Shown one piece after another: positions 41,101 to 53,900 of a stretch of DNA of 64,000 nt. Source of the DNA: Trichoplax adhaerens (taxonomy: Eukaryota > Animalia > Placozoa); assembly GCF_000150275.1 (NCBI RefSeq), contig NW_002060943.1, forward strand, positions 6,316,299-6,380,298, in the 5' to 3' direction. Below the pieces are notes generated by a model. The model saw nothing but the letters and a program-made list of their open reading frames with translations. It was not told the DNA's origin and ran no database searches. Each line of letters opens with the position of its first letter. Positions within the stretch are counted from its first letter, which is position 1. The translations under genes were made by a program, and so were the position numbers.

Positions 41101-42409
41101 TTTATTTAATACTGAAAGCGTTTCAGAAAATCAAGACGTAAGTCCAACATTGATTAGATTAATAGTATCAAGATCAGTTCAATTAATCTATTTTAGAAAG
41201 TGATCTTGGAATAAGCTATTAATATTAAGCATATTAAATGTTCAATGAGTTCCGGGAAAAATAGGATACGAGCATAATCTCTTTTACTAGTAATCGAATA
41301 GCTGATATTAGATGGGAGATGGGGTGATAAATTGTATTCGTATAGTTATAGTCAATAACTTCATCGATCTTTTTCCATTAGAATTAAAGTTAACTAATTT
41401 AGATCATTTAGTATTGAGTGAAGAATTGAAAACATCGTCAGTGATGATAAAATTAATAAGAAAGGTTTTAGCCGATAAGATGTTCAGATTTACTATTCTC
41501 TTGTTTATATAGGTTATATCTCTGCGGCGAAATAGTGGTACCAGCGGAAGAGAAAATCTAGCTCCTGCCGGAATGAGAATAAGCCACGATCATGGTCAAG
41601 ATCAGCATAAATTTTTAGCTAAGCTAGAAGCTGCAAAAACTTCCGTCAATTCCCCACTTCCAGCTTCGAATGCAAACCAATTGGATGCTAATGGTGCAAA
41701 TACCGGCGATGTTGTACAGGCAGAAACATTAACTATTCCTCAAGTAGATGGTCATAATGGTGTTATCACCGAAGAACATGGTTTTAATAATTTGAGTACA
41801 GCGACATCAAGTCAACAAATTTCCGAAGAGAAATTAGTACCCAATTTATCAAATCCAAATAAGGTCAGATATGAAGTTATTGGCCATCTGTTATGTGAGA
41901 ATAGGCTAATTTTAACTTAAAATGAGTTGGAATTAAATGACTTTCCTTATTTTCATTTTACATTACTGTATTTGAAGAAGATTAAATATGTTATTACTTC
42001 ACTGTTTTGAAAATTTTAATAATTGCGTACATATAATTAACTATAGAGTTTACATTTAAATATATTATATAGAGTTGAATAAGTTCAGTATACTAAATAG
42101 AGAAGCTTATTTGTAAAATTTGTCTCTACATATACTTTTTCGTGCAGATTTTAAGTTAGAACTACAAAGTACTTTTCAATTTTAGTAATTTATCGATGAT
42201 GAAGTTTCTAATATTTCATAGTAATTGAAGCCTAAATGATATGATAGCTTCAAGTTTTAATTATTATCTATTAGGATTGCAACATATTATTCCGAGGCAT
42301 TAAATCAATATTTATTTTGCAGTCTGTTTCAGAAACTGCTAAACCTAACAGCTCTGCTAGAGACAATCATTTACGTGCACCGACATCTTCATGCTGTATA
42401 ATATTTTAA
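29110..42409 (+). CDS. NWD2-like: NACHT and WD40-repeat protein, paralog A (~1948 aa): divergent DUF4062-like domain, NACHT, WD40 propellers, disordered tail, CaaX. Exons: 29110-29209, 29835-30043, 34996-35347, 35586-40048, 40464-40544, 40646-40741, 40835-40870, 41066-41137, 41513-41863, 42323-42409
   Basis: In-frame GT-AG joins (5847 nt); LLGQKYGY; Walker A GPAGSGKT (36152-36175); Walker B IILLDGLDEL; RKLNELPYHL; many GH..WD repeats; ends TSSCCIIF*. Tail exons rest on splice signals and frame only. Confidence 0.9.
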
Positions 42410-45400
42410 AAGCTATGACAGGAAAAGCTAGAGCCAAAGAAGTATATATTATTTTACCCTTCATTTTTAACAAGGCGCGTGATCGTAACATTAAAAATCT
42501 GCCGAGAGTTAATATCAAGATCATTAATTATCTAATTAACTCCTAAAAGGGTAATCTCTGGTACTTCTAAATTTAACCCATTAACCTCCTAATAAAAAAT
42601 ACACAACAGCATCATATGATATCAAAATGTAGAAAATGAGATGTACATGATGAAGATCATTTCTTTTTTATGTCTCTATATTATAAACTGGAATAAACTG
42701 CTACACTCACGACAGTCAAAGATTAGAACAAAATTAATCCGCAACTACGCCGTTATAAAATGTTCGAGTCTTTATTGTGGTGGTAAATATAGAATGAAGA
42801 AATATCTTTATTAACTCTTTATCATTTCTTTATGATATAAATTTGATGAAATTGCAGCAATGCAGGTTTACAGCTGGAAAATTAATGATTGCGGTTTCAG
42901 AATAGATCTTAATTGCCTTTATTTCTACTTAAACTTCAATCATAAAACCGCTAAATAACTGTATAAAACTGCATAACTGAAATCTATGATTACCACTGTT
43001 AGATGCCGGTACTATTGTTATTATTGGTAAATATCAAGGATTAAATAGAGCTAGGCACGAAAGCTATTATTGTTGCATCCCCTATATCATAATCAGGGTT
43101 AGATGTATACTTCAAGCTTATAAGAAGTATATCAATATTTCTTTCTGCGTCTTTTATGCTTGATAATTTTTAAGCATTAAGATTCAAGGTTACTTTCGTT
43201 ATAACAGTAATTTTTTCATTTTCCATCTCTATTCTTACAAGTAAAGTAAATTCTATCCAGAATTCAGCAATACCAGCAGAAATATGGATACAATGATGAC
43301 GTTGCCTATAATAAAATAGGACAAGATTATTAACAAGTGATCTACAATGAAGAGATCTCTAGACATCAAATCTATAGTATTTGGTGTTATTATTGATGTC
43401 GTACTTTGAAAGTTAAGACTTAGACTGGGTTTGTTATTCTTTCTTATTCTTGGTCTATTATTCCTTAAATTTACAATGAAAAGCTAGAAAATCGTCTTAT
43501 TTAATCTGTAAATATAGCATTTTAAGTCTGTTTTGCCTCAATTTTAAATAATTCATAAGATATTAACAAATTGATAGGTAAAAAATATTTACCTAGAAAG
43601 TGTTCACGAATATTCCATTCATCGACTTTAAAACAAGGGATACTGGCTCATATCCTCCAATCTTACAGATTTATCATCGATCGAATTACACTAAAGCAAA
43701 AGGATGTTTTAGCAACTACTTGATTACTTCTTTTCTGCATTTTTTCATTTGTAATGATTTATACGGATATGATAGAAATTAATATATGATAATATCAAAG
43801 ATTATTAGCAGCTAAATATGGCAAATTCTATTGCTGATCTAATTAATCAAATATAATTTACGATCACCAAGCAAATAGATGCTATAAGCCTTCGTCTACA
43901 ATTATGATGAATATAGTTTCTAAAATTGTAGGATAGCTTTGTACTTTTTCTCTATGTATTTAAGAATTGTCTATAGGTGAGGAAAGGATTTGATTATCTA
44001 CCATCTGGATTGTAAATACTTTAAATGTTGATATTAATATGGTTTAAGTTTAACTTTCAATTCACTCGACGCAATTATGAAGTTGGTGTGGAGTAAAAAA
44101 TTGGTCTCCAATGTCATTCATCTACTAATGGTTGTATAACTTTGATAATTTTTATCTGAAATAACTTATTAAACATTTTACTGCTGCGATTAAATTGGTT
44201 ATTAGCTGTCGTTATATAATCGGAATTAAAGCAAAAATTCTTAGTTGTAGCATCATTAGGAAAGGCAGAAGAGTAAGATATTTTGTTGTGAGAGAAGCGG
44301 GATGGCTTAGAAAATTCAGTTTATTATTTCTGAAGATAATCGTTTTAGTTAAATTTGCATTAGTTTATAAATTTCAAATTTACAGATAACTCCTTAGACT
44401 ATTTAAACTAGAATTAGTATAGAACAAATTCCCTCTAGATTTAGCTTATGTAAAAAGTTAGAGAGGATAAATAAAAGAATGTGCAATTATATTGGCAGAG
44501 AATTCTGATTAGAAATTCTTGACTTTAATCTATATTTCATTACTGATTGAATTGAAATAAATCTGAAATAGAATATTCAGAAAATCATCCTTCAGCTTGG
44601 CAAATCTGGAAATAAAATGTCATCCAATGTGCGATATTGAGTAAAATCTAAAAATATCTTCCTCCATCCTGTTGATTTCGATCTAACATAAGTTCAAGCT
44701 GATTTAAAGGACAATATTGTTGTAGAATGCTCCATTAAGTGTAATGATATAATTATCGGGTATTCTAAGTGCTATACTTCTCTCACCCTTTGGGATATAG
44801 ATTTCTTACAAACCCCAGCTTTTACTCCCAGCAACATAATGCGTAAATCTTAGAACTTTGAGCAGTTCATAGCTATATGTAGACTGTAATTGAAAATTCT
44901 GTGTTGGAATATGGGTAACTATATACAGGAGGGTGTTGAATCACTATTGATACTAGAGGTCAAAATAGATACGTAACTCAGATTAAGATATATTTAGTTT
45001 ATAGTATGGCTACTGGTAGAAATAATATCTACTTGAATGTTGTAGCTGTTATCATATTGGATTATAGACGGTCCGCTGTAAAATTTTGTTTTTAATAACA
45101 GATTGTAAAGGTAGAATGAGATAGAATAAGGTATAAGGTATAAAATAGAATATTGCTGTGCTGATTATTACTGCAAATACTACGAAGAGCATTTAAGCAG
45201 GGAATTTTAGATTATTTAGTAGTTCTATCTAGATGTCTTTCTAGTAGTCATATTCGGCTATAGTAGAATTGTGTGAAGATTATCTTTGTATAGAGGTCCA
45301 ATAAAGTTCTATTCCTATGAATTTTAGAATTTCGTGATCTATTATATCACATGACAGGAGGGAACATTTACTAACTTTCAGAAAATTCTGGAAGATATCT

Positions 45401-48400
45401 CACAACAGCATTATAAGATATTGCATTCGCCTTTTACTTTGTATTAACTACGTGATCAAGAATTAATTGCTTAGCAAAATCCCCGATTGGTCCCTAAAGA
45501 ACCACGATATGAAAATTGCCTTGAACACGAATTTTCTTCGAATCACTAGATCAAAGAACGAAATTTAATCCTAACTTAAATCGACCCACCATTCGTCTCA
45601 ACGAGCCTCACATTAATGATACAAATTTGCACTGATAACAATAAAAATAAGCTTGATTTATTTATAGGAGAATAAATAAACACAATCTTTGCTCGGATAG
45701 AGTTATGCAAATCCGAAATTAGTGGAAGCATTCATATCTACAGATATGGAATAATACTAAAATAAAATTAGAGTTACATTATACTATGATCGCCTAGTTT
45801 ACTAAATGAGAAAAGGTAAGATATTTTTATTATGGAATTTAATTAAATTGCGAATCATTGATAAGGTGAATGAGATGACTAGATGTAGTATCATGAATTA
45901 TGCTGATAATTCTCGTACAGGATATAAATTGAGAAGCATAAGCAAAGTGTACGAGTTCAGTACAGTCAAGATCATTTGTCCTTACAGGAAATATTGAGAA
46001 CAGTTTTGTCATAATCTCTTTTTTTCAGATTCAAACAGCTGGCATGTAAGATGCTCTAAGCTACAAGAATATCTTTTAAAAGTATTTAGATTTTGACTTT
46101 GTCTTTATTAGCTAATATTTACTGTTTCGGTGTATAGGTAACAAAGGGTATAGCTATGTTTACTAACCTTAGTTAAAATTAGTTCAGAAAGCTGAACAAT
46201 AGACTGATATGATGACGATATAGCAAGGATATACTCATTTATCAATCTGCTATTAAACAGCAAGCTTGGGAATTTTTATTTCTGATCGATAAATAATGGA
46301 TAAGTTTAATATGACGCAAAATTCTTGCTGGATATTATTAAATTATGCTGTTGCTATGGTACTCGTTTTAATTAAGAGCTGTTAATGTCAATAAAACAGA
46401 AAGTAATGACCTTAGATATAATATAAATAATTAATAGTTTCTTGATTAAAGTATTTAGCAATGATAGATTAGAACTCAAAAAGTTTCTGTTATAAATAAT
46501 AATCAATAAGATTTAGCAATATGTTTCTTATTGTAGTATTATTTAGCTAAATCACACAAATCAATTTGGGTATCTTTCTCTCTAAAAATATTCAATCTAA
46601 TAACTTGGCAATATTTTAGTAATTACTACGATGAACAGATGTTGTGAATGGCAAAGAGCTAATGTTATTTCTAACTTGGTAAGTTATTTTTTCAATGCTA
46701 AGAACGCCAATTCTAGCCTAGATAATCATTATGATAGAAAATAATGATAAAACTAAATAAATTGGAATGGCAATAATAGCATTAATAGGTTGTTTCTTCA
46801 TATTGCCATGTGTGATATATACCAATCGCGAGATTCCAAATTTTAGAAAAATAAGGGCTTTATTGAATCTTATACAAAGATCAACTACACACAGCTCTAC
46901 TTTAGCCGAATACTACTACTAAAGCCTTCTACAACGAACTCACAGAATAATCTAAAGTTGCATGCTTTTATACTTTCCGTAGCATTCGCAGCTACAATTC
47001 GCATGGCAACCTTTTACTTTATTTTACACATAGTTAAATTATTCTTAGTAAGACTATTCTACTGCGGACCATCATTAATCCAATATGGATACGACTACAG
47101 TACTTACGTAGACATTATTCACACCAGCCAAAGTACAATGAATTAACCATATCCTAATATATGATTTACAGTTCTATTTTTACCTATAGCCTTATTAGTA
47201 ACTCAACAGCTTACTGTATATAGTCATCTGTACTCTAGCATAGAGTCTCTACCACTACAGTCTATAGTTATAGCTACCAAACATCTCTTAGGATAAATAT
47301 CTACCGTACATTATACTACACATGGCTAACAGTCTACAATCACAATACTAAGTTACGTTACACCATGATAGGAAAGGATGGAATGGTATCGATAAAATAG
47401 TAAGTAGTCAATTGATATGGTAACTTGGTTTTTACGTAAATAATAGCTTTATAAAAATCTGTCTTGATATAGCTGATAGTATCGTTATGATTAGATGTAA
47501 TTCATCTATATTTATTATAATTGAACGGGCTGATTGAGTTTCTAGTAGTGTATTGATATAATACACTAATAATCCGCGTCAAAAATGAACTATAATACTT
47601 ACGATTGAGAAGTTTTAACTTAATATAGGAATGGACTCATTCTTATCTTATATTTTACTTTCATATACTGAAAAAGCCTACAGTATAAGAGCATATACTT
47701 GTTTATTCAAATATGGATAGCGTAATCAAATTAGATATTTTTTACGTTTCAACGATATTGAGAAACCATTAAGGCTATCAATTGAATAGCAAATGGTAAC
47801 CTGATAGACTAAATTAAAACAATCATGATAGGTGATTGTTAAAGTCTTAATAACGTCCGTAATGTTCATCGTTACTTTCATTTACGGGTATCATAATTCA
47901 TTAATTGTAAGTAGGATGCTTTGCCTAAACATAAGGTATCCTCACATTGTTATCTTTAATTTATGAGATGCAAGGCTGCATTATCACTTAGCACATTACG
48001 ATTGTACTATTTAAATAACGATCAATTGTTGTAACTATCGTGCTATTAATATTATTTTATGACCATTATTTAATTTCGTTAGAGATATTATGATAACAAC
48101 AGATGAAATGATTGTCTCTATCATTGGTATTATAAGTAGTTAGTATGACTGAATAAAGAATAAGACCAATTCTATGCAGTAATTAAAACTTAATTACAAC
48201 AGTATTCATTCTCATTGCAACAAATTTAAGTGGAGCCTGAAGGTATCTTTTGTCGAATAATATTTTCATCAACATAGGCAAAATGAGTCCTAGTAGAAAT
48301 GAGTATTGACGATGCAATGATATCATAGTATCAACGCATAAGTCTATTTTGAGAATAAGTAACCATTTTATGGATCATCAGTACAGTAGATATCTATTGA

Positions 48401-49482
48401 TTTGTATATTAGAACAATAAACAATAATATATGAATAGCTATCTCGCATAGGCTGAATTTATAAACAAGATTGATCTAGGCTAGTATTGAAATATTATGG
48501 TCATTATCTTAATCATAAACTTTTCAAGATTATAAAGATGAAATCTAGGGCGAGAAAAGGGTTAATTAAATCTCTTTTTAGTTACTATATTGACATTATT
48601 AATTTAGATATAAACTTATTTCTAGTTTATTACTATATTTTATCTTATTTTTTCTTTTACTAACTACACCGAATTAGCTAAATTAGGTAAGGCCAGTTTT
48701 GCACTAGTCTTACGCATATTGGCAAATGTTGTTTTATTTATTATACGTGGTATAGCTTTATATTCTGTTGAATCTAATGCTTACTGTGGAGGAGGTATCA
48801 ATGCAGCTGAGATTTTCCCTTCTAGTCTAGGGTATTATACTGACCTTCAACACGGAAAGGGTGTGCAGCGGTTTCATATTTTGATTAGATCGCTTGGAAT
48901 GCTCCAATTTCATAATTAGTAATACCTTACTATAACAATAGCAAATAACAAAAATTTAATTTCCATGGATAAGATATATAAATCAAACATAACTATCGAG
49001 ATGGATAAGTTTAGAAATAGCCATTTACTGAAGCAATATAATATAGGTATTGAAATGAGTATTAATCATCTGTCAAGATTGATCGAATTAATAGTCATGG
49101 TGAAGTTGCATCGATAAAAGTATTTCATTATTCTACATGAAAATAAGCTGTTATAATAACAATTTTATACAGATGAGGTTTTTCTTCTTTTCCATCATCA
49201 TTTAAATGACTATTGATAGAAGGAAAACAATAGCTTCAAGAATAACATCATCATCGTAATCATTAATGTTAACGAGGAAGATGAAATTATTGATCGGTTT
49301 TAATTTGGACAGGTCTCAACCACGAATAGACACTATTATCGACTTGAATAAGCCAAAGAAACATCGATTAGATGTCACTTGTATAAATTCGAGATTTAAT
49401 AATTCTAACTCTACCTCAAAAGAGTCAGAAGTTGTCTTTTTATCCTCCCATCATAGCTGCTTGCCCAGTTTCTGTATTGTCT

Positions 49483-49500
49483 TGGTTACTATAGTAACCA
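49483..49500. promoter_or_regulatory. Palindromic RFX X-box upstream of NWD paralog B
   Basis: Perfect 18-bp palindrome TGGTTACTATAGTAACCA with core GTTACTATAGTAAC; 1.5 kb upstream of ATG 50998; candidate 5'UTR donor TAG|GTAAAG near 49770 and acceptor at 50850. Confidence 0.6.
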
Positions 49501-50419
49501 TATCCGGTCATGACTAGGCAAGGCGGACTTGATAACCAATTCTATTGCAATATTCTGCTGCTATGCTCTAGTATAGAATGCTAACATGTGAAAGAGTAGT
49601 TCGATTATGTCGCTTCGTCGATCTTATTGACAAATACGAGTCTTTTCCATAGTTGATGAAATATCTTACAACCTATTAAGAATGTACAGTAATTGCTAGT
49701 TTAAAAATTGATTTATATTCTTGTGAAGGCTAAGAAATTCATCTGTCGCATCGGAGAAATTATGACTAGGTAAAGACTATTTGGATGATACAAGTCAAGC
49801 AATATTTGTGGAAAAGTTTGATGACCAATATTGTTTAAGATTATCAGACTTATTTACTGATCTTAATTTTATAAATAAGTAAGAGAGGAGGAGTAAATCG
49901 TATTTTTCTTTCTAAACAGCATCTTTTACGTTAAGTGATTGCGTCGAACTAACTGTCCACAATAGGTATTAGCATTAACACGATTAGTATTGATACGCTA
50001 GAGTATTCTGGAAGGGAAAAATTGGATTTCATGGAGATTTAATTCAGGTGATTATCGACGGCGAAATTGGAAAGAAATATCAAGGTGAAATAAATTGAGT
50101 TATAATCGCAATAAGTCACATTATGATTGGTAATGATTGTTCCTAACCATACAAGAGATATCCAACTGTGATACAGTACATGTTGACTAATGGAAGTTTA
50201 TTTACGTTCCGATTTTAGTTGTGACTTTTTGACTTGACAAAATAGGACAGTATCATTTTAAAATGTTATCCTAATTATGGAGAATGATCCATTTCCTTCA
50301 AAATACATTTAAATAAGCATAAGTTGTGCAAGATCTTATCACGTTTTTTCTTAATAGAATTTTTACTCACATTGATAAATAGACCAAAACACCTTTAAAT
50401 AGACACACGTATAGATATG

Positions 50420-50441
50420 GAGAGAGAGAGAGAGAGAGAGA
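50420..50441. repeat. (GA)11 microsatellite
   Basis: gagagagagagagagagagaga read directly, in the probable 5'UTR intron of paralog B. Confidence 0.9.
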
Positions 50442-50997
50442 TTGAAGGATGCAATGTTTTTTTAAATGACGATTGTTTTGCTCGTGTAAATTATAACGAT
50501 TTTGCTTGTAATTGTCAACTTTTTCTTGTTGATTTTATTTAATTTTCTATGCTAGAATCCAATTTATTAACATATTCAACTTCCTTAGCTTATACTGTTA
50601 CATTAGAAATAGAAAGGTAGAATCTATTACATTTGATTGCTTTTTCTCTCTAATCTGATGTCTTCATGTCCTTATATTTATTGTTATCTGTATCAAACAA
50701 CAAAATCTAGTAGCATCATTTTGTCTGCTCTATAGCTATTACCGTTAGTGATTAGTAGCCTATTAAATTCTCTCCTTGACTTTCTTTTATATTTTTAATC
50801 TAATATGTGATCTGGTTATAGCTTAATCATATTTTAAAAATTCGATTTAGGTCAATTGTGCCAATCATTGATCAATTTTAAGAACAATTTTAAGGGATTT
50901 GCCGTGGATTGGCTACTTATTGGCAATCTATTCTTGCTACAGCAATCATTCAAGTCATTTTGATTGGGCTATTGATCGATTCTCATCATTAATAACT

Positions 50998-53900
50998 ATG
51001 GAATCTAATGATGATATTATTCAGTCTATTCTATCCGGTAATATGATCAATCTCCCATCCAAAAGATCTCAAACTGTACGAGCGTTTATTAGCTCTACTT
51101 TTACTGGTAAGGTAGAATTTTGCTGCTATCAATCATCGATTTTAGCATTAACTGTATCCAATTCTAGAGTATGTTACAAAAAAACTTCATTGAAATTTCA
51201 ACGTCAAGTTGAATTGCTGTGATATTTTAACTTCAAAAAGTTAGTTGCTTTCGTATATTTTTCGGTCTGATTAAATTAAGAATTTTTGCATTAATACTCT
51301 AATTTAAGTTTAAGTTACGTACACTATAAAAAATCATAACAAAGATGAATTGATGCAATAGGGGATTCCTTGACACATTTAGTTGAAAAGTATATTTTCA
51401 TTGTCGTATTAATTGCTCGTAGAGTATTCCATCAACTCCCACTCAGTGGTTTGATTTTTTTTATCCCCAGTGGTTGATAAAAGATTTCTGAAGCTATAAT
51501 TTGGCTCTAGATTGCATCTAAATAGTAATATTTCTGTTCTTATGATACCTGAGATATTCATAATATCAAGACTAAAAAATTATCCAAAGTAGATTTTAAA
51601 TTACACTAATTTCATACAAATCTATTTCTTGAACTCTCGCATTCAGTCCGTTACCATCATGAAATTTTGTTAATGAAACTCAACATTCGTCAAACTTTAC
51701 TAATGCTCGATTCTGAATTTATTTTGATCTATATTTGCCATTTGATGTCATAAATAATTTTTCTTTCATTATTGATCAATGCAGACATGACTTTAACAGT
51801 TGTTTTTCAAAGTATTTCTAACAGATTGATGCTCTTCTTGCATCTATAGTAGTTTTATTTCAACTGTTTAAATCTCATTCCCAATACCTTTTCAATAAAT
51901 TCTTACTCATAGTCTACGAATACAATAAATTCTATTATTTAAATTAAAATTTAGACACAAAACTAGAACGCAATGCCATCATGAAGGATATCTACTCAAG
52001 ACTTAAAGAATACTGTCGAAGTCGTCATGGATTAGATTTTCAATTAGTTGATATGAGATGGGGAGTTCGTGATGAAGCAACCGATGATCATATTACAACC
52101 GAATTATGCCTAAAAGAAATTGAACTATGCCAGAAGATCTCTATTGGGCCTAATTTTGTGGTAAGTCAAGGATTTGTATTGCAGTACGGTATCTGACAGA
52201 TACGCTTTTATGCTATTACAATTCAATATGGCGCATAGTTCCTCAACCACAGACTGAAAAAGTATTCTCATCCACTATTATCAAAGTCGCAGTGTCGATT
52301 AGAATGAGGATCGATTAACACAGCTATTAATCTTCCACAGATAGCAATATAATGTACTACTATCTTCGTTCACATGACGATGTCAACTTTTCTTGACCTT
52401 CTTCTTACTACTTCCGCTTCGAGAATAATACGTACAAAGACAAGTAAGACAGTTTAACTATATCGCTGTGCTTTCAAATTGAACAAGCCCCCAAGCAGTT
52501 CTTGAGTATTAATATTAAAGTAGCAAGATAAGTATCATCAATGTTAGTGATTTACTTTACATAGAATTTATAAGAAAATTATTTACTAATTACGTTTTGC
52601 ATTTTTGGCATGATTTTTATACAATTTAAGTTGCAATAACGACAGGGTTAATTTTAGGTAGTTTTATTCATTTAAATCGCTCTGTGTACTCCCTTTAGCC
52701 TAATTTTAATGAATATTGCAAGAATTGGTTGATATATTCGCTACTACATTTTCATGTTTAATTAAACTTTATTTATTTACGAGAACGCTTAGCCTAGTAG
52801 TTATAATGTCGTGGATAGGTGGATAAAAGAGAGATAGAGACCTTCACTAAGTTATTTTTAATTGGATCAACTAAGCATAAGTACCGTACCCTATAATTTC
52901 ATCGATGCATTGAATTAGTCTAGACCATTTTTTAGTTCTTGAATCTTTCTTTAGCCATGTTTACCTTAACAGAAATTATTATAATTTGTCGACAGTTAGG
53001 GTAGGGTTAGGCGAAAATTGTCGATCAAAAATGTTTTAGCCAGAATCGTTCTAATACCAGCGATATATAAACAGTTCTTTTGGCTTTTAGTCTTCGTTTT
53101 TATACGACTATTCTAGCATCAGTAATTATAATTTTTGTTGATATGTAGAATTGAGTTCGATCACATTCTTCGCTATGAAATAATTTAAATAGGCTGGAAC
53201 TTCTACTGAGGGTATAATTACATTTCTTTGGTAAAAGTTGCTTAAGGTTAACCTTCATTTTCGATTATTATTATTGGAAATTGGGCACTTATTTTAAGAT
53301 TTATAGGCATCATCAACGCATTTCGGCAATTTTATTTCATTTTTAGTCTTGGATAAATTTTACCAACTAATCTTAATTGTATGGATTTTGTGACTCGTAA
53401 TCTTCAGCTATCATCTTTTTTACGGCAATCTTTTCCCTGGATATAAATAATATTAAGTTCAGTGGTAGCTGTAATTTCACATAACGGAATTCATGAATAC
53501 ATCTAGCAACTGCAGATAGTAACCTTCCCTTCATTATTAATCTAGTTAGCGTCTGTTTAGCCTAGTGTTTCCAATTTTAATGATTTAGAGAATATACTTA
53601 GACACTACCTTTCGTTTGAAGCCTTCCTTTGAGCTTTGATATTTTGCCGTCATGACGATATCGTAATCCTTGTAGTGAACATGTAGAAAGATATTGTGGT
53701 TACTAATTTTTTTCTTTTCATGCGTATTTTTATATCTCGGGCTCGGGTTAGTCATTACAATTTTATTAATGCAAATGTACATTTCGACTGTTTGCCTTAG
53801 TTTTAATTTTTTCTTTTTTAGTATGTATTCAAAATCATATCTATATATTAAATGAATTAAGACACAAAATCATTGCTGAATTATCGTTGGATATATTTTA

